A program made the translations under genes and the position numbers. Positions 1 through 12,409 of a DNA stretch of 64,000 nt are shown piece by piece. Numbering within the stretch: the first letter of the stretch is position 1; each line of letters opens with the position of its first letter. The notes below the pieces were generated by a model that saw only the letters and a program-made list of their open reading frames with translations, did not search any database and was not told the DNA's origin. Location of the stretch: NCBI GenBank assembly GCA_002633005.1, contig NMRA01000192.1, positions 595,140 to 659,139 on the forward strand. Direction: 5' to 3'. This DNA is from Phoronis australis (Eukaryota > Animalia > Phoronida).

Positions 1-1063
1 GAATTAACTTGCGCACGTAATTTAGCGGCGTAGCGTTCACCCATTTGGCCAACGATAGGGCTTATCGGCGCTTTACTTTTACCTGGTTTTGTTGAGGTGG
101 GACAGGATTCGTCAACCCAGTTTTGACATACATGAATTAATAGTTACATGTAATTGCATAGGTTTTGCTACCGCTTCTATCCTATGCAATCAGTTTGCCC
201 AGCTTGTCTTTGACTGATACTCAATTCGGGATTTTCATGCTCCGCTTCTTGACCATTCAGTGGAGCCGTGCAGCTAGCCCGTGTTCACCAAGGCGGCTAC
301 TCTACGACGGCTGCCACATCTCTGACGCCTTAAATCCAAGCCGATTGGAACACACCATTTGCCGCGAAGCTTTAAAAATCGTTTTTGACATTTTTCATTG
401 CCTTAAAGGTAAACAGTAAAATACTACTTATTTGAAAAGAAATTACATATCGTTCGTAAAAATAAGGAAATACCGCTGCGCCCAGTTTTCACACAATACA
501 AAACGTGTGTTAATAAAGTACGTCTGGCACTGAATGAGCCGGCAATGCTATATTCGGGATTTGAGTCGTTATTTAAAAGAATTAAATAACATGAATTTCA
601 ATCACTTGTTAGCTTTTTACACGGTATCCTAAATCAAGATTAATCTCACAAATTAGTCCATTAAATCAGCGCTTAGGTTTGATCCCAGTGGCCGAGTGAC
701 GTAGTTGTTTCATTGGACGAGCGTGTTCGGAGTTGGAACTTAATCATTTGAACTAACGGAGATGAGTTCATTCATACAGACAGCTTGCAGACGTGATTGT
801 AGTTCATCATCGCTGGCACATAAGTGGTGATGGTCGAGAAATGTAAGCGAGAAAAGATTGACGTGCCTCGCTGCAACTATTGTACATTATTAACCTGCTG
901 CTGCCTTACGTTTAATTGATCTCGCTTAGGTACCAAGATTAATGATTTGTGGTCATTTTGTTCGGACTCTGTGTTCACGATTACCTGTAAAACCGCCGAT
1001 GACTGAATTAAAGTGAACTCAACTTTTATTACGAGAAACATTTATACTCGGCACGCCGTTAAC

Positions 1064-1670
1064 ATGTTTGCCACGTCGGAACTTCCCTCTTACGATGACT
1101 GTAAAACAACTGGTGTGGTGATGGAACCGCGCGAGACGGAAATCCTAGACTGTCTATACGAGCCAGAGATACTGGAAAAAGCGGATCTCCATGAAAAGAC
1201 TGTGGAAACGACGGAAATGCAAATGGAAACACCATACCCGTACAGTTATAACGAACGGAGATGTGATGCCGGCAGGTGCGTCTCCTGTTGTAAGAAATTT
1301 GTCAGATTCTTATTTTCAACAGTTGGCGTGTGCTGTGTTCTTGTCGCCTACTGTATAGCGGGTGGGTTCCTCTTTGTTTGTTTGGAAGCCGAGAACGAGA
1401 AATCGAACAAAGTGCGTTCACACGTTATATCCGACGAATTTCGGCGGAATCATACGAAACTCTTATGGGAAGTTACGGAGAGGTTGAATGTCTTACATCC
1501 GCAAAACTGGTCCGATGAAGCGGACGAAATACTAAAAAACTTTCAAAAGGGTTTGTACGTACATGTCACGAGAGATGGTTGGGATGGCAAAATGCCTGGA
1601 GAAGAACCCGATTTGATGTGGACGTTTGCTGGCTCATTGCTGTACGCAGTCACGGTGATAACAACGATCG
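1064..1670 (+). CDS. Two-pore-domain K+ channel (K2P, TRESK/TWK-18-like), coding exon 1
   Basis: ATG at 1064, in frame with ORF 1013..1756. Encodes M1 (FLFSTVGVCCVLVAYCIAGGFLFVCLE), cap helices and pore helix WTFAGSLLYAVTVITTI-G. GTAAGG donor at 1671 (phase 1). Confidence 0.93.
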
Positions 1671-3054
1671 GTAAGGCTTTTTACTATACGGTGTTCACAT
1701 GGTGTGCGTGTATGGACAAAGTGCTGGTACATTTTCTGAGCATCGACTCGACCTAAAATATTCCATCCCCACCATTAAAGGCATTATCTGTTCAGCTTTT
1801 ATTAAGAAGATTTGAGGCCCGCTCTTCCTCACTCCACTCCCAACTTCAGGTCAAAAACTCCGCTGACATACATGTAGTGATCTTCAAAAACCTGGTTTTG
1901 ACTCCCCTCTTCATGTGATCTTCCACAAATGCGACTCTGGTTGGGGCTTTTCATGAAATTCATTCCCGTAACAACAGTAGTGTTACATATTAACCTCAGG
2001 TCACAGTATTGGAGCCACGCCAACAATTAACGTCACCAAAAAAGATTCACGTACCTGTATACCGAAATAAATCAAATACAGGACACAGATAAAAAACAAG
2101 TCATATCATTTGTCAACGTAAAATTAATGCCACAAGTATCCAATATTTCGTCACTGCAGTAATATCGGTGGGCAATTTGCCACCATAAATTTTGTCACGT
2201 GTAGCCCATCAGAGTGATGCAAGAAACAGTTTGGCTATGATGTAGCGAATTGCGAGGAACCGCGGAAGTGCTGTTCATGCCTGGTGAAATTTTTGCCCAA
2301 ACATTTTTGCAGAATCTTGAAACTTTTTAGCATGGAGGCATTTGGCATTAATATACTACTATTCCGAAACCAATTCGGTGAACGCTTTACATGAACAGGT
2401 CTATGAAATTAATATAAAATGATAAAACTGCTACAACCACATCCTCACATTAAGCCAAATAATTTCTTTCGTCGTGTACCATGGCTAACGTTGTTTAATC
2501 CATTTAACTGAAAATCTTTTTGAAAAACAAAATATTGCAGATTCAACAACCGGAATCTTCAAAGATCATGTCTTTTTTAAATTCGATTCTTATTTGAAAC
2601 TAAAATGTTGCCGTACTGTTTATTCAAATTCAGGTATTAAGGCACGTTGGAAGGATCCGCTGCATCCGGTGCGAAATCTCGTGTAATGAGCGTGCTTAAA
2701 TAGTTCCGGAAAAGGTTTTATCATGCATTTCAAATGAATAGTTGTCATGATTTATCAAATGGTTCGCGCTGTTTAATAACAGTTCTTTAAATAAATATTA
2801 ATTAGTTAAGCCGCATTAATATGGATACGCATTTAGCACTTAACAACAAGGGTATTACTGTTAAACATGCAATAAATCAATTGCTTTTAGAAATCGGATT
2901 TTGACAGACACGTGCAGCATTTTTGTCGCTCAGTTTCGTGGAGTATATACAAAAAGCAACAACGTCAACTACTAATACTTGTCACCTCATCTATCGTTTC
3001 TGTAGCTATTCAAGTTCCACCATCAAAAGTTCACTTTGTGCTGCAAATCTACTA

Positions 3055-3186
3055 CATGGTCCGACTGGGGGCCATAACCCCCCACTTTTTTCAGTGGTGC
3101 ACCGCCCAAGGGCATGGACGGCGCGCACCATAGGGGGCTGGGGTTGCTGTAGCCCTCCCACTTATTTCAGTGCCGCGCCGCCCATG
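3055..3186. mobile_element. Two adjacent copies of a 65-75 bp CATGGGCGGCGC-TIR mini-MITE
   Basis: Layout CATGG..GGCGC…TAGGGGGCTGGG…CCCACTT..TTCAGTG..GCGCCGCCCATG. Same family at 6616-6680, 7122-7192, 10708-10780 and 21189-21255. Confidence 0.75.
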
Positions 3187-3464
3187 TCTTACCACTAGAC
3201 AAGACGGCAGAACCGCCAAAGCACGGTACAGTCGAACACAGCGTGGCTTACCTGTACATTTGAAGTAATATTTCCAGCCGTACCAGTGCCTTCACAGTTA
3301 GACTAGGATGCAATTGTACTTATGCCTCCATAACTGTTGCACACATGTGTCACTTAAAATTTAATGACCACAGATACTCTTAAAACGAAACTTCACCCAC
3401 CGCCTGACTTAGTTTTGTGAATCCGCAAAAGGTAGCGGAATGGTAATTGGTAAGAAAACTGAGC

Positions 3465-3609
3465 AGAGTTCAGAAACGCTACGACCTCGCTAAAAAGCAA
3501 GACCTCGCGAGACTACGTGACAACATTGCCGTGTATTTTAAACGAGAACACGCGATTTTGGCTAGATTTTAGCGAGGTCCTAATGTAGGTCCTGGAGTTA
3601 CTGAGCTCT
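3465..3609. mobile_element. ~140-bp MITE family (GTTCAG.AACGCTA.GACCTCGCTAAAAAGCAAG)
   Basis: Terminal inverted repeat AGAGTTCAGAAAC/GTTACTGAGCTCT; homologous copies at 44405-44536 and, more diverged, 9474-9600. Confidence 0.65.
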
Positions 3610-4516
3610 ATACGGGTGTAAGTTAAAGCGTCTATAAACCGCCTTCCAACACAAAAAAACAACTTTGATTTTAGACCACTTGCCGTTATGAAAACGGTTT
3701 CAAATTGTTCATTAGTCCAAGTGGAGGTGATTTCAGTGTTCAACAGATCTAACAGATCGATAGACAAGTGCTTAAGATCACTGAAGTACAATCTTTGACA
3801 TTTTACGCTTGAGCGAATACACGATGCGTCTATTTCACTTTTGTGCTCGATAGCACTGTGGTTTGCGTAGATGACTCTAACACTAAGCGCTGCACTTGAT
3901 GACCCGAGCAATAACGCTAGATGAGTCTCAACTCGAAATTTCCAGTTTTTCCTAGAAATCTCAATTTATGATTGGAGACTGTAGCTCGAATCAAGGGTTC
4001 CCATCACGACGTGCGACCGTGGACAAAACGTTCATAAGCAAAAAAGGTAATGTACTCGAGAACAAATATTTAAAGACCCCTGGCCCAGTTACATCTAAAA
4101 AGTTATACGCAGGATAACAACGTCATCGCATTTTCACGCTCCACATTGCCAACACTTTGTGTTGTCCAGTGGATAAGTTTTAGAGACTTTGTAAGCTGGT
4201 TTGTCACGACGTGGTCTCAAGAGGTAACGGGTTGTTAGTTCTTCCCAAACCCAGAAATCATTTCTCATGAGAGTAAGATGTAACATAACTAAGGCAAGAG
4301 TTTGCAACTTGGAATGAAGGCGAGCTTAGCATCTTTGAAACCAAAAGCATTGAAAATCGACTTGAGAGTTAGGGAAACCGACTTCTCCGTTTTCGGTCTT
4401 AATTTAGCCCACATTTCGGATTTAACTATGGCGAATTCTTAGCCTTAAGTCTTTTAAAGGTCACTGTTTATGAAACCTTTGGTAGATTTATTCCAGTGCA
4501 AAGTCTACTATAGCAA

Positions 4517-6352
4517 ACCTGGGCCCGGTCTCTAATCTTTGTACTCGAAACGAACTCGATCAAAATGATTGCCAACGAAATTACCATTCCCCTGACCATT
4601 CTGTTTAACAAACTACTTCAGCTAGGCATTTATCCATCTTCTTGGAAACATGGAATTATGGTCCCTATACACAAAAAGGCTGCAAAACTGAAATTTCAAA
4701 TTATCGCCCAATAACTTTACTTAGCACCCTGTCCAAAATCTTCGAGAAGATCATTGCTCAAAGTATTCTTACATTTCTCAAACAAAACAACTTGATCTAT
4801 CATCGTCAATTTGTTTTTTTGCGTGGGAACAGCACCGTGGCACAACTTGTTGAAATAGTACATGAGATTCATTTACATTTTGAGAAGGGCGAGTGTCAGG
4901 TCCATTTTTCTAGATATAGCTTCTGCTTTCGACTGTGTCCCTCACGACCTTCTACTTCACAAACTTCGATCCTATGGCATTACTGGTAATCTTTTAAACA
5001 TGATAACCTCATATCTCTCCGAAAGAACATACAGTGTTCGTGTCGACGGCGTACTTTCAACTTTATCCCCTCCTGGATTTGTAAACGCAGGTGTACCNNN
5101 NNNNNNNNNNNNNNNNNNNNNNNNNNNNNNNNNNNNNNNNNNNNNNNNNNNNNNNNNNNNNNNNNNNNNNNNNNNNNNNNNNNNNNNNNNNNNNNNNNNN
5201 NNNNNNNNNNNNNNNNNNNNNNNNNNNNNNNNNNNNNNNNNNNNNNNNNNNNNNNNNNNNNNNNNNNNNNNNNNNNNNNNNNNNNNNNNNNNNNNNNNNN
5301 NNNNNNNNNNNNNNNNNNNNNNNNNNNNNNNNNNNNNNNNNNNNNNNNNNNNNNNNNNNNNNNNNNNNNNNNNNNNNNNNNNNNNNNNNNNNNNNNNNNN
5401 NNNNNNNNNNNNNNNNNNNNNNNNNNNNNNNNNNNNNNNNNNNNNNNNNNNNNNNNNNNNNNNNNNNNNNNNNNNNNNNNNNNTCTCCAAACTGTAAATA
5501 TGGTAACCATCAATCTTATCCTCACATTTTCTTCAAATGTCCCCTCATCGAATACCTGAGAGACTCACTCTTTCGTGCACTCAATGATAACCAATCAATT
5601 GTTAACGCTCTCAATTCTTGTAATACTATCCCTACTAGAGTTTCATTATTACTGAATAGTAGTCCTAACCTTGACTTCGTTCTCAACAAATTCCTCCTAA
5701 GCAACGTTAGCAAATTTTTATGTACCGTTTATCAATATTGTTGCATCTGATTTCCCTACATTAATCTGTATATATATATTTTTAAATATCTGTAATAGCA
5801 TATCTAACTATTGGAATACTTATTTTAGATACTACTTAATTGTATATACCTCTATGTATATAAGTTTCATTTATGAATTGTTTACAACCCAGATATAATG
5901 CTTCGCGGTTTCTGGGTTTGTTATTATTTCTTTGTATGTTCTGTGTATCCTTCAATAAATATATATCACTTTTAAAAAAAACGAACTCGAAACTATTTTT
6001 GGCAATTTCTCTGCTCCTTTTGTGCGAACTTAAGATAATTGGTTATCAGACTGTGCTCGAATACATTATAGTTTATGCATAGGAGTTTCTAGTTCAAGTT
6101 TGCCCTTGAAGACCCTTATATTTGTGCTACGAGCTCGAGTAAAAACTCGAAATTTCGAGTTCAAACTCGATCTTATTGCTTTAATATTGGGTTTACAGAC
6201 TGTGAACTAAGGGCAATAAATTATCTACGTAAGTGTACTCGAGCATAGAATAGTAGACACTTATCTTGAGTTCGCCCAAAAGTAGATTAGAAAATGCCAA
6301 ACCTAATTTCGAGTTCCATTTCGAGTAAAAAGATTGGAGACCGGGCCCTGGT
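4517..6352. mobile_element. Long-TIR MITE interrupted by the LINE
   Basis: Left arm ACCTGGGCCCGGTCTCTAATCTTTGTACTCGAAACGAACTCGA continues after the LINE as AACTATTTTTGGCAATTTCT. It is the reverse complement of 6260-6352 (…TTCGAGTTCCATTTCGAGTAAAAAGATTGGAGACCGGGCCCTGGT). Confidence 0.8.
4560..5978 (+). mobile_element. 5'-truncated non-LTR retrotransposon (CR1/L2/Crack-group LINE), frameshifted RT, spans an N gap
   Basis: RT motifs NYRPITLLSTLSKIFEK, IFLDIASAFDCVPH..LL.KL..YGI.G.LL and AGVP; C-terminal SPNCKYG..HIFFKCP; AATAAA plus an A tail; 12-bp TSD AAACGAACTCGA at 4548-4559 and 5979-5990. Confidence 0.9.
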
Positions 6353-6615
6353 ATCTGAGCACTCTTGCAATGTCCAACTATGTCGAGAAACGTCAGGTGC
6401 TAGCCTACAGTCTTTGATATTGAACGAGTCACTACCAATTACATTTGGTCTAGGTTTCCGACACTCTGCATGTTTGAGCTTTGATGGTATATGTTAGCTA
6501 TAAATTCATGAAATCGGAATAGGAACTACCGTGCAACAATATAATGGCATACCTGTTCGTCCGGACTACTTATAAACAATCTCACCCCCCCCCCTCCTCC
6601 AGAGTTTTACGTTCA

Positions 6616-6680
6616 CATGGGCGGCGCAACATAGGGGGCTGGGGTATAGCCCCCACTTTTTTAATGCTGCGCCACCCATG
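6616..6680. mobile_element. CATGGGCGGCGC-TIR mini-MITE copy
   Basis: TIR CATGGGCGGCGCA/TGCGCCACCCATG; flanks GTTCA/GTTTA (possible 5-bp TSD). Confidence 0.75.
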
Positions 6681-7004
6681 GTTTAACATGAACAAGTAGA
6701 ACGAAGCTTATCCATTAATCGTCACTGGTCAGACTAAATTAGATAATCTAAAAATAATTCTACAGTATGTGAATGTTGCTTGGTGAAATGTCAGATTAAA
6801 ATTATACTTGCGTGGAATATATTTTGGTCCAATTCAGATCTAGATGTGGTACCACCCAAACTAATCTAAACAGGACTGACCTCATCATGGTAAATAGCTC
6901 CATCAGTTTCAGAAACTAGTCATATCTCATTGTTATCTCGCATGATTGACTAGTCAGCGGAGCCGGAGTCATTCAGTAACTACAATTCAGGAACGAACTG
7001 CATA

Positions 7005-7096
7005 GCCCCAGTGGCACAATCGGTCAGCGCGCCGTACTTATAGTCAGTACATGTCACGTAATGCGGAGGTTGTGAGTTCGAGCCTCACCTGGGGCA
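7005..7096 (+). tRNA. trnI-UAU: tRNA-Ile (anticodon UAU), intron-containing
   Basis: GCCCCAG/CTGGGGC acceptor stem; A-box TGGCACAATCGG; anticodon stem CCGTA/TGCGG with TAT at 7039-7041; 18-nt intron 7043-7060 after position 37; T-arm GTGAG-TTCGAGC-CTCAC; T6 Pol III terminator at 7103-7108. Closely resembles metazoan tRNA-Ile-TAT. One D-stem mismatch. Confidence 0.92.
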
Positions 7097-7121
7097 ATTT
7101 GCTTTTTTATTTCATCTAGTA

Positions 7122-7192
7122 CATGGGCGGCGCAGCACTGAAATAAGTGGGAGCTATGCCCCCTCCCAGCCCCCTATGGTGCACTGCCCATG
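7122..7192. mobile_element. CATGGGCGGCGC-TIR mini-MITE copy just downstream of the tRNA terminator
   Basis: CATGGGCGGCGCAGCACTGAAA…GCCCCCTATGGTGCACTGCCCATG. Confidence 0.75.
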
Positions 7193-10100
7193 GAGGGGCG
7201 TGAAAGGATCCCCCAGTAATAGTGTATCACAGGACGACGTAACATCCGGTCATTCTGGTCAATTAGAAAAAACATTCATACATGTTGAGAAGTACAAAAA
7301 GATACTGCGTCACCTGCAAGCATTACGAAGTGCCTTTGTGGTTAATGCACCTGTCTGCAGCAAAAACAAGAAGGGACGATTGCTTTACTAAAATTTGTTA
7401 TTTGTGACACACTGGGGTAACAAAACGTCAAACAAAACAACAAAGCCCACAATATTTTACCAGCTCATTCCCGTGTCATGTGTTTACGACAAACGTCCAA
7501 ATCAAGGCATTCGAACTGATCCTCACACATTTTCCTGCGTGTCGGTAGTCTAATCTTTTCTTAGGACCCCTCTCCGTTGGCGCTGTAACCGGGTATGCCG
7601 GTTCCCCATTCGAAAAGCAAACTATCTTTAATTGGACATGGCTTGGGTCATTAGATTGCGACTGACATAATAAACTATTAACCCGATTTCCCTTAAACCG
7701 CGGTTACGGTGATCCCAGCTACATTTTGTCATTGACACAAAAATCTACGCAGTGGAACAGACCGACTCGTGTTGGTTTATATATCGGTCATAGTTGAGAA
7801 CGGAGAATTTTGCATTTCGCAAAGCATAGTTGCAGTGCCCTAGGAAGAAACACAGATCTATAGTGTGTGTGATATTCACTATAAATAGATCGGTTAGCGT
7901 ATTCTGTTCACAGTATTTCTCTAAAATTATGTATTTCTGACGTCATTCCGGAGCTGGTAGGCCATTTTAATCCATAAGCTTGCTGAAAAAGAGTAAGACT
8001 CTGTCCGCTTACCGCCATTAATTCGCTGCTGCTCTGTTACTTTGACTTGAAAAAACCCGGAATAGAATCTAGTTGATTTCCTGTTTTTACAGCCCACAGT
8101 CGCTGACGCAAACTCCGGCCTGTATTTGATTTGATTGTAACGTCCTCGTGTGAATGAAATTACCGCGGCTACCCGATTGCTAGTCCCTGGCGTATAGTCA
8201 CGGGAAATGTAACTCCAAGAAAATCAGGGATCTGGATTCTTTTGTTAACGTAACATCACACACGGTTGAATTCCCCTTTAAGATTGATTTCCGTTATGGA
8301 TTTAATTAATGACGTTATTAAACAGGAAATGTCTTTAATTTGAAGGACATATGTATAGAACAAAGGGTGTTTATATTATCGTCCAAGCAAGTTTCGTAAA
8401 AACTGTTGTACATAGATAACTGTTTATTTCATCTTAAGGAATTGGACAAAAGTGATACAATTACTGCCCGGAAATCGAAAACACCCTAGCGGACTCGCAG
8501 GGAACCAGCGAAATGTGACCAAGAGCAACTGACATCTGAGTGGTCGCAGCCGATGGTCTTCGTGTACAGCCAGAACATCTTGACTAAGTACGGAGCTTTG
8601 CGTCTCTGGCAAATGATGCATTCTTTACTATGGAGCAGTACAATGTTGGTTTTAAGGTTTCATCTATTTTATTATGTATTAATTGCTCTAAACCAGTATC
8701 TTACATGGAAACAAATGTGCACGTGGTGTTGGATGGAGGAGTCTGTGTCCACGTGCCGCGGACTTACTGTCTTCTCTTGATTACAAATGGCCCTGTCATA
8801 CATGTACATGAAAAACGATAAATCGCCATAGAGAAATTGAATGTTGGCTCACTTAACTCATTCCAACGCAAATAAGATCATATCGCTTTAATGAATTAAT
8901 GCATCGGGTATTTGCTATCTGTTGTCGTTGACATTTGATAGATTTCTTTCCGCATTAAGTCAATATGCCTCTTGATCTAAAGATTATAGTTTTTTAAATA
9001 GCCGCGGTTCAGGACCGTTGAGGTTTTTCTGGGTACTGTACAAAAGGGGAGAAAGGCGCTTCTGCCAAACTGCAACTCGGCGTTAACGTGCACATTTTGA
9101 AGCAATATAATGACTTGTTTACCAAATGGCGATGAGAAAATGATGCAGAATTATTTGATGTTCTTGAACATGCTTCAGAGAAGGTTTTCGTTATTGTTGC
9201 TATAATCTAAAATGCCTATACATATCATGACCACGTTCTTTCCACAACTGGCACGACAAAGATCTTGACTTTCATTTTCCACTTCAAGAGCTGTTTAGAA
9301 ATTTCCATGAGTGGTCTAACTGTTCTTGTGCCAGAGGTCCGGATTTTGTAGCATTTTAGCGTTACGGGATCGTGGCCTAATGATACACGCGGGCTAAATC
9401 TCGTGATGCGAAACCACCCGCTTTCTGGATATCACTACGCGAGCCAGCTTTTTGTAGATGTCTTTTAAGCGTGCGTTCTGTAGACGCTAGAACCTCGCGA
9501 AAATGCAAAATCACGCAAAACTTCGCAAGACCTTGCCATGTGTACAAACGAAGCACTTGATCACACTAACTTTCTTTGAGATTCTTGCGTTTGCAGAACT
9601 GAACCCTGAACAATGAAAAAGCGCTATTACGTGCTAACAGTCTAGACTGACATACACTGTACACTGCCAGTGTGCGAGAGGCGCCGCAACAGCTAATGAG
9701 AGTTGAACAGTCTCTTTTTACGGAGGAACTGTTGAAGTGTCTGGCGATAATCTTTACGTCAAATGCAATGGGTAGTGAAAATTCTCATACTAGATAATAT
9801 TTTATTAGAATGGCGGCTGGTCTTATTTTATTCAAGTTTTAAAGATTTACGTAAAAACAGGTGCTATATGCTCTTATATACATGTATTAGAACCTAAAAT
9901 AAGGAGACATAACGGAAACCAGGTGAAAAGCTGGCTGCCGTTAAATGAATATAGCACGCAGCTGTACAAGAGATATTTTTAATTTTTTGTCTGTTTAAGT
10001 TCAAAAGATGAACACTTGATAACTTTAAGATTGCGCACGATTTCTTTACATTCCAGTCTGTTCAAAGCGTTAACGACTGGATTTCATTTAGACAGACTTC

Positions 10101-10707
10101 ATTTCCATTGGCTTCAGGTGATAGACAGTTAGTGATGATTCGCTAGTGAATATAGTTTGGTAATTGGAGACACCTGATGTCGGAATGCCAGATTGCAAGT
10201 GTAGACAGCTAGGCAAATCATTGGTACAATTTTTACTGTTGCTAGATGGACATCGTCCTAAACCATTATGACGAGCTTAAATTAGTAAAAATGACACGTT
10301 GAGTGTGGCGTAACGCATCCTGCAGTGTGTTACTGTGTTGTGTCATACTAGGGGAATATAGTTGAAGCTATCTACCTGAAGTTTTTGCACTCGAGCCCTC
10401 CAGACTTAACACTTTGGGAGAATCAAATTAAACCACATACCTACACGATACCAACTTGCCAAGAAGATCTGATGATTGAGAGTCCCAAGATCTGGAGTCG
10501 TTTCTAAAAATATTTTACTCTTCCGGGAACGTGACCTGTTATAAAATAGCTTGGTTACTTCAGTGCAATCGCGAAATTCATGGCCTGGTTACAAAGACAA
10601 CTAAATTGCAAAAATTGTGTTGAATTATTATAATCATGAAGTTGAATATTTTCTTGCCACTAGTTCAACGTCTAATGTCTGCTAGGATAGTGTTTTGAAC
10701 CAACTAT

Positions 10708-10780
10708 CATGGACAGCGCAGCACTGAAAAAAGTCATGGCTATATCCCCTCCCCCAGCTCCCTATGGTGCGCCGCCCATG
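10708..10780. mobile_element. CATGGGCGGCGC-TIR mini-MITE copy
   Basis: Same internal sequence; exact ACTAT direct repeat on both flanks. Confidence 0.75.
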
Positions 10781-11563
10781 ACTATTACTGTCGGTACATT
10801 TGTTCAGAGTTGGCCAACATTTCACCATTTTTGTTTTTGTTGATTTCGAGCAAATTCAACTTGGCTGCAAACTATTTCTTGATTTAATTACCTTCTGCCT
10901 AAAGAAATATTCCGTAGGTCGTCTGACTTCTGAATTGACAAATTAACCCTGAAGGTTTCCAAATGTTTTCATTAAGTTTCACAGAGTTTGACTACCTCAT
11001 ATCACACCCATCGGATTAGTTTCTAGACTAATTGGAATCGCGAAATAGTCATTTCAAACGAACCTCATCGGGATCTGACCAGGGTTTTGACAGGGGAGCA
11101 AGAAAATGTTTATATACTTATGGCTAACGTGAAATGGATGGCAGCAAATTAAAAACTCTTCAGACAAATAGAAGCCAGTGTTGGCCACGAGTCTAACAGA
11201 TGGAGATAAATTTTTATCAATCGGCGTCTTTGATTTCCAATTTGGACAATTGACAGACAGCTTTTGATATATGTCATTTACGTTCCTAATTCTAGAACGG
11301 TTGTTAACACTTTCAAAATGTGAACATGATTTATAACCCATGACTATATACGGGTCTCAAAACAACACAAGAGTCCAACACTTTCGAGTTAAGCATGCAC
11401 TCGCGTGTTACAGAATTGGGTAGGAAGCTTTAGCTTAGTTTCGGTCACCAGCGCGCAATCGGCTTCGAACAAGCCGATAAGAAGTCACATTCGTGATTGT
11501 ATGTACTTACTTATTTGGAAAGTCGCGTGTGTTGACTCGCCTGATAAGAGTCGTTACTTTGCA

Positions 11564-12376
11564 TCGTACACACACCACATGAGGGCGCTGTGAAGGAACT
11601 TTTCCATGGTTACTTTCGCATTTAAAAAACTGATGATTGTAACGCAGTGGCAGACTTACGGGTTTTTTACTTTCACTAAATATATACGTTTACTGAGTTA
11701 AAATCTATAGTTTACTAGATATTTTGCTAAACGCAAAGACTTGACGATAAGATTCTACATACCCTTGAGAATGATGAAGAAGTATTAAGACAAAACTCCA
11801 ATTCCTTTTATTGTTCTTATATCGACTTCAACAAGGTGTAATCAGTGGCGGATTTTGGGGGAGGGGGTGAAGGGAGCCATGGACCCCCTGAAATTCTCCC
11901 AGATTCCAATTGGCAGTTCGAGGGTGCCAATATCTGACGCCCAAAACCCTGGCTAATACTCTGCCCTANTCGTACACACACCACATGAGGGCGCTGTGAA
12001 GGAACTTTTCCATGGTTACTTTCGCATTTAAAAAACTGATGATTGTAACGCAGTGGCAGACTTAGGGGTTTTTTACTTTCACTAAATATATACGTTTACT
12101 GAGTTAAAATCTATAGTTTACTAGATATTTTGCTAAACGCAAAGACTTGACGATAAGATTCTACATGCCCTTGAGAATATGATGAAGAAGTATTAAGACA
12201 AAACTCCAATTCCTTTTATTGTTCTTATATCGACTTCAACAAGGTATAATCAGTGGCGGATTTTGGGGGAGGGGGTGAAGGGAGCCATGGACCCCCTGAA
12301 ATTCTCCCAGATTCCATTTGGCAGTTCGAGGGTGCCAATATCTGACGCCCAAAACCCTGGCTAATACTCTGCCCTA
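11564..12376. repeat. ~405-bp near-identical tandem duplication across a single N (probable assembly overlap)
   Basis: 11564-11968 is repeated at 11970-12376 with a few substitutions and indels; N at 11969. Confidence 0.85.
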
Positions 12377-12409
12377 TCCCCCCACCCAAAAATCCTGGAT
12401 CCGCCCTTG
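12251..12409. mobile_element. CAGTGGCGGA-type MITE
   Basis: CAGTGGCGGATTTTGGGGG…CCCAAAAATCCTGGATCCGCCCTTG imperfect TIR. Confidence 0.6.

Noticed and set aside
4972-5525. X-filled ORFs here and at 56315..57261
   Set aside because: Artefacts of translating through N gaps.
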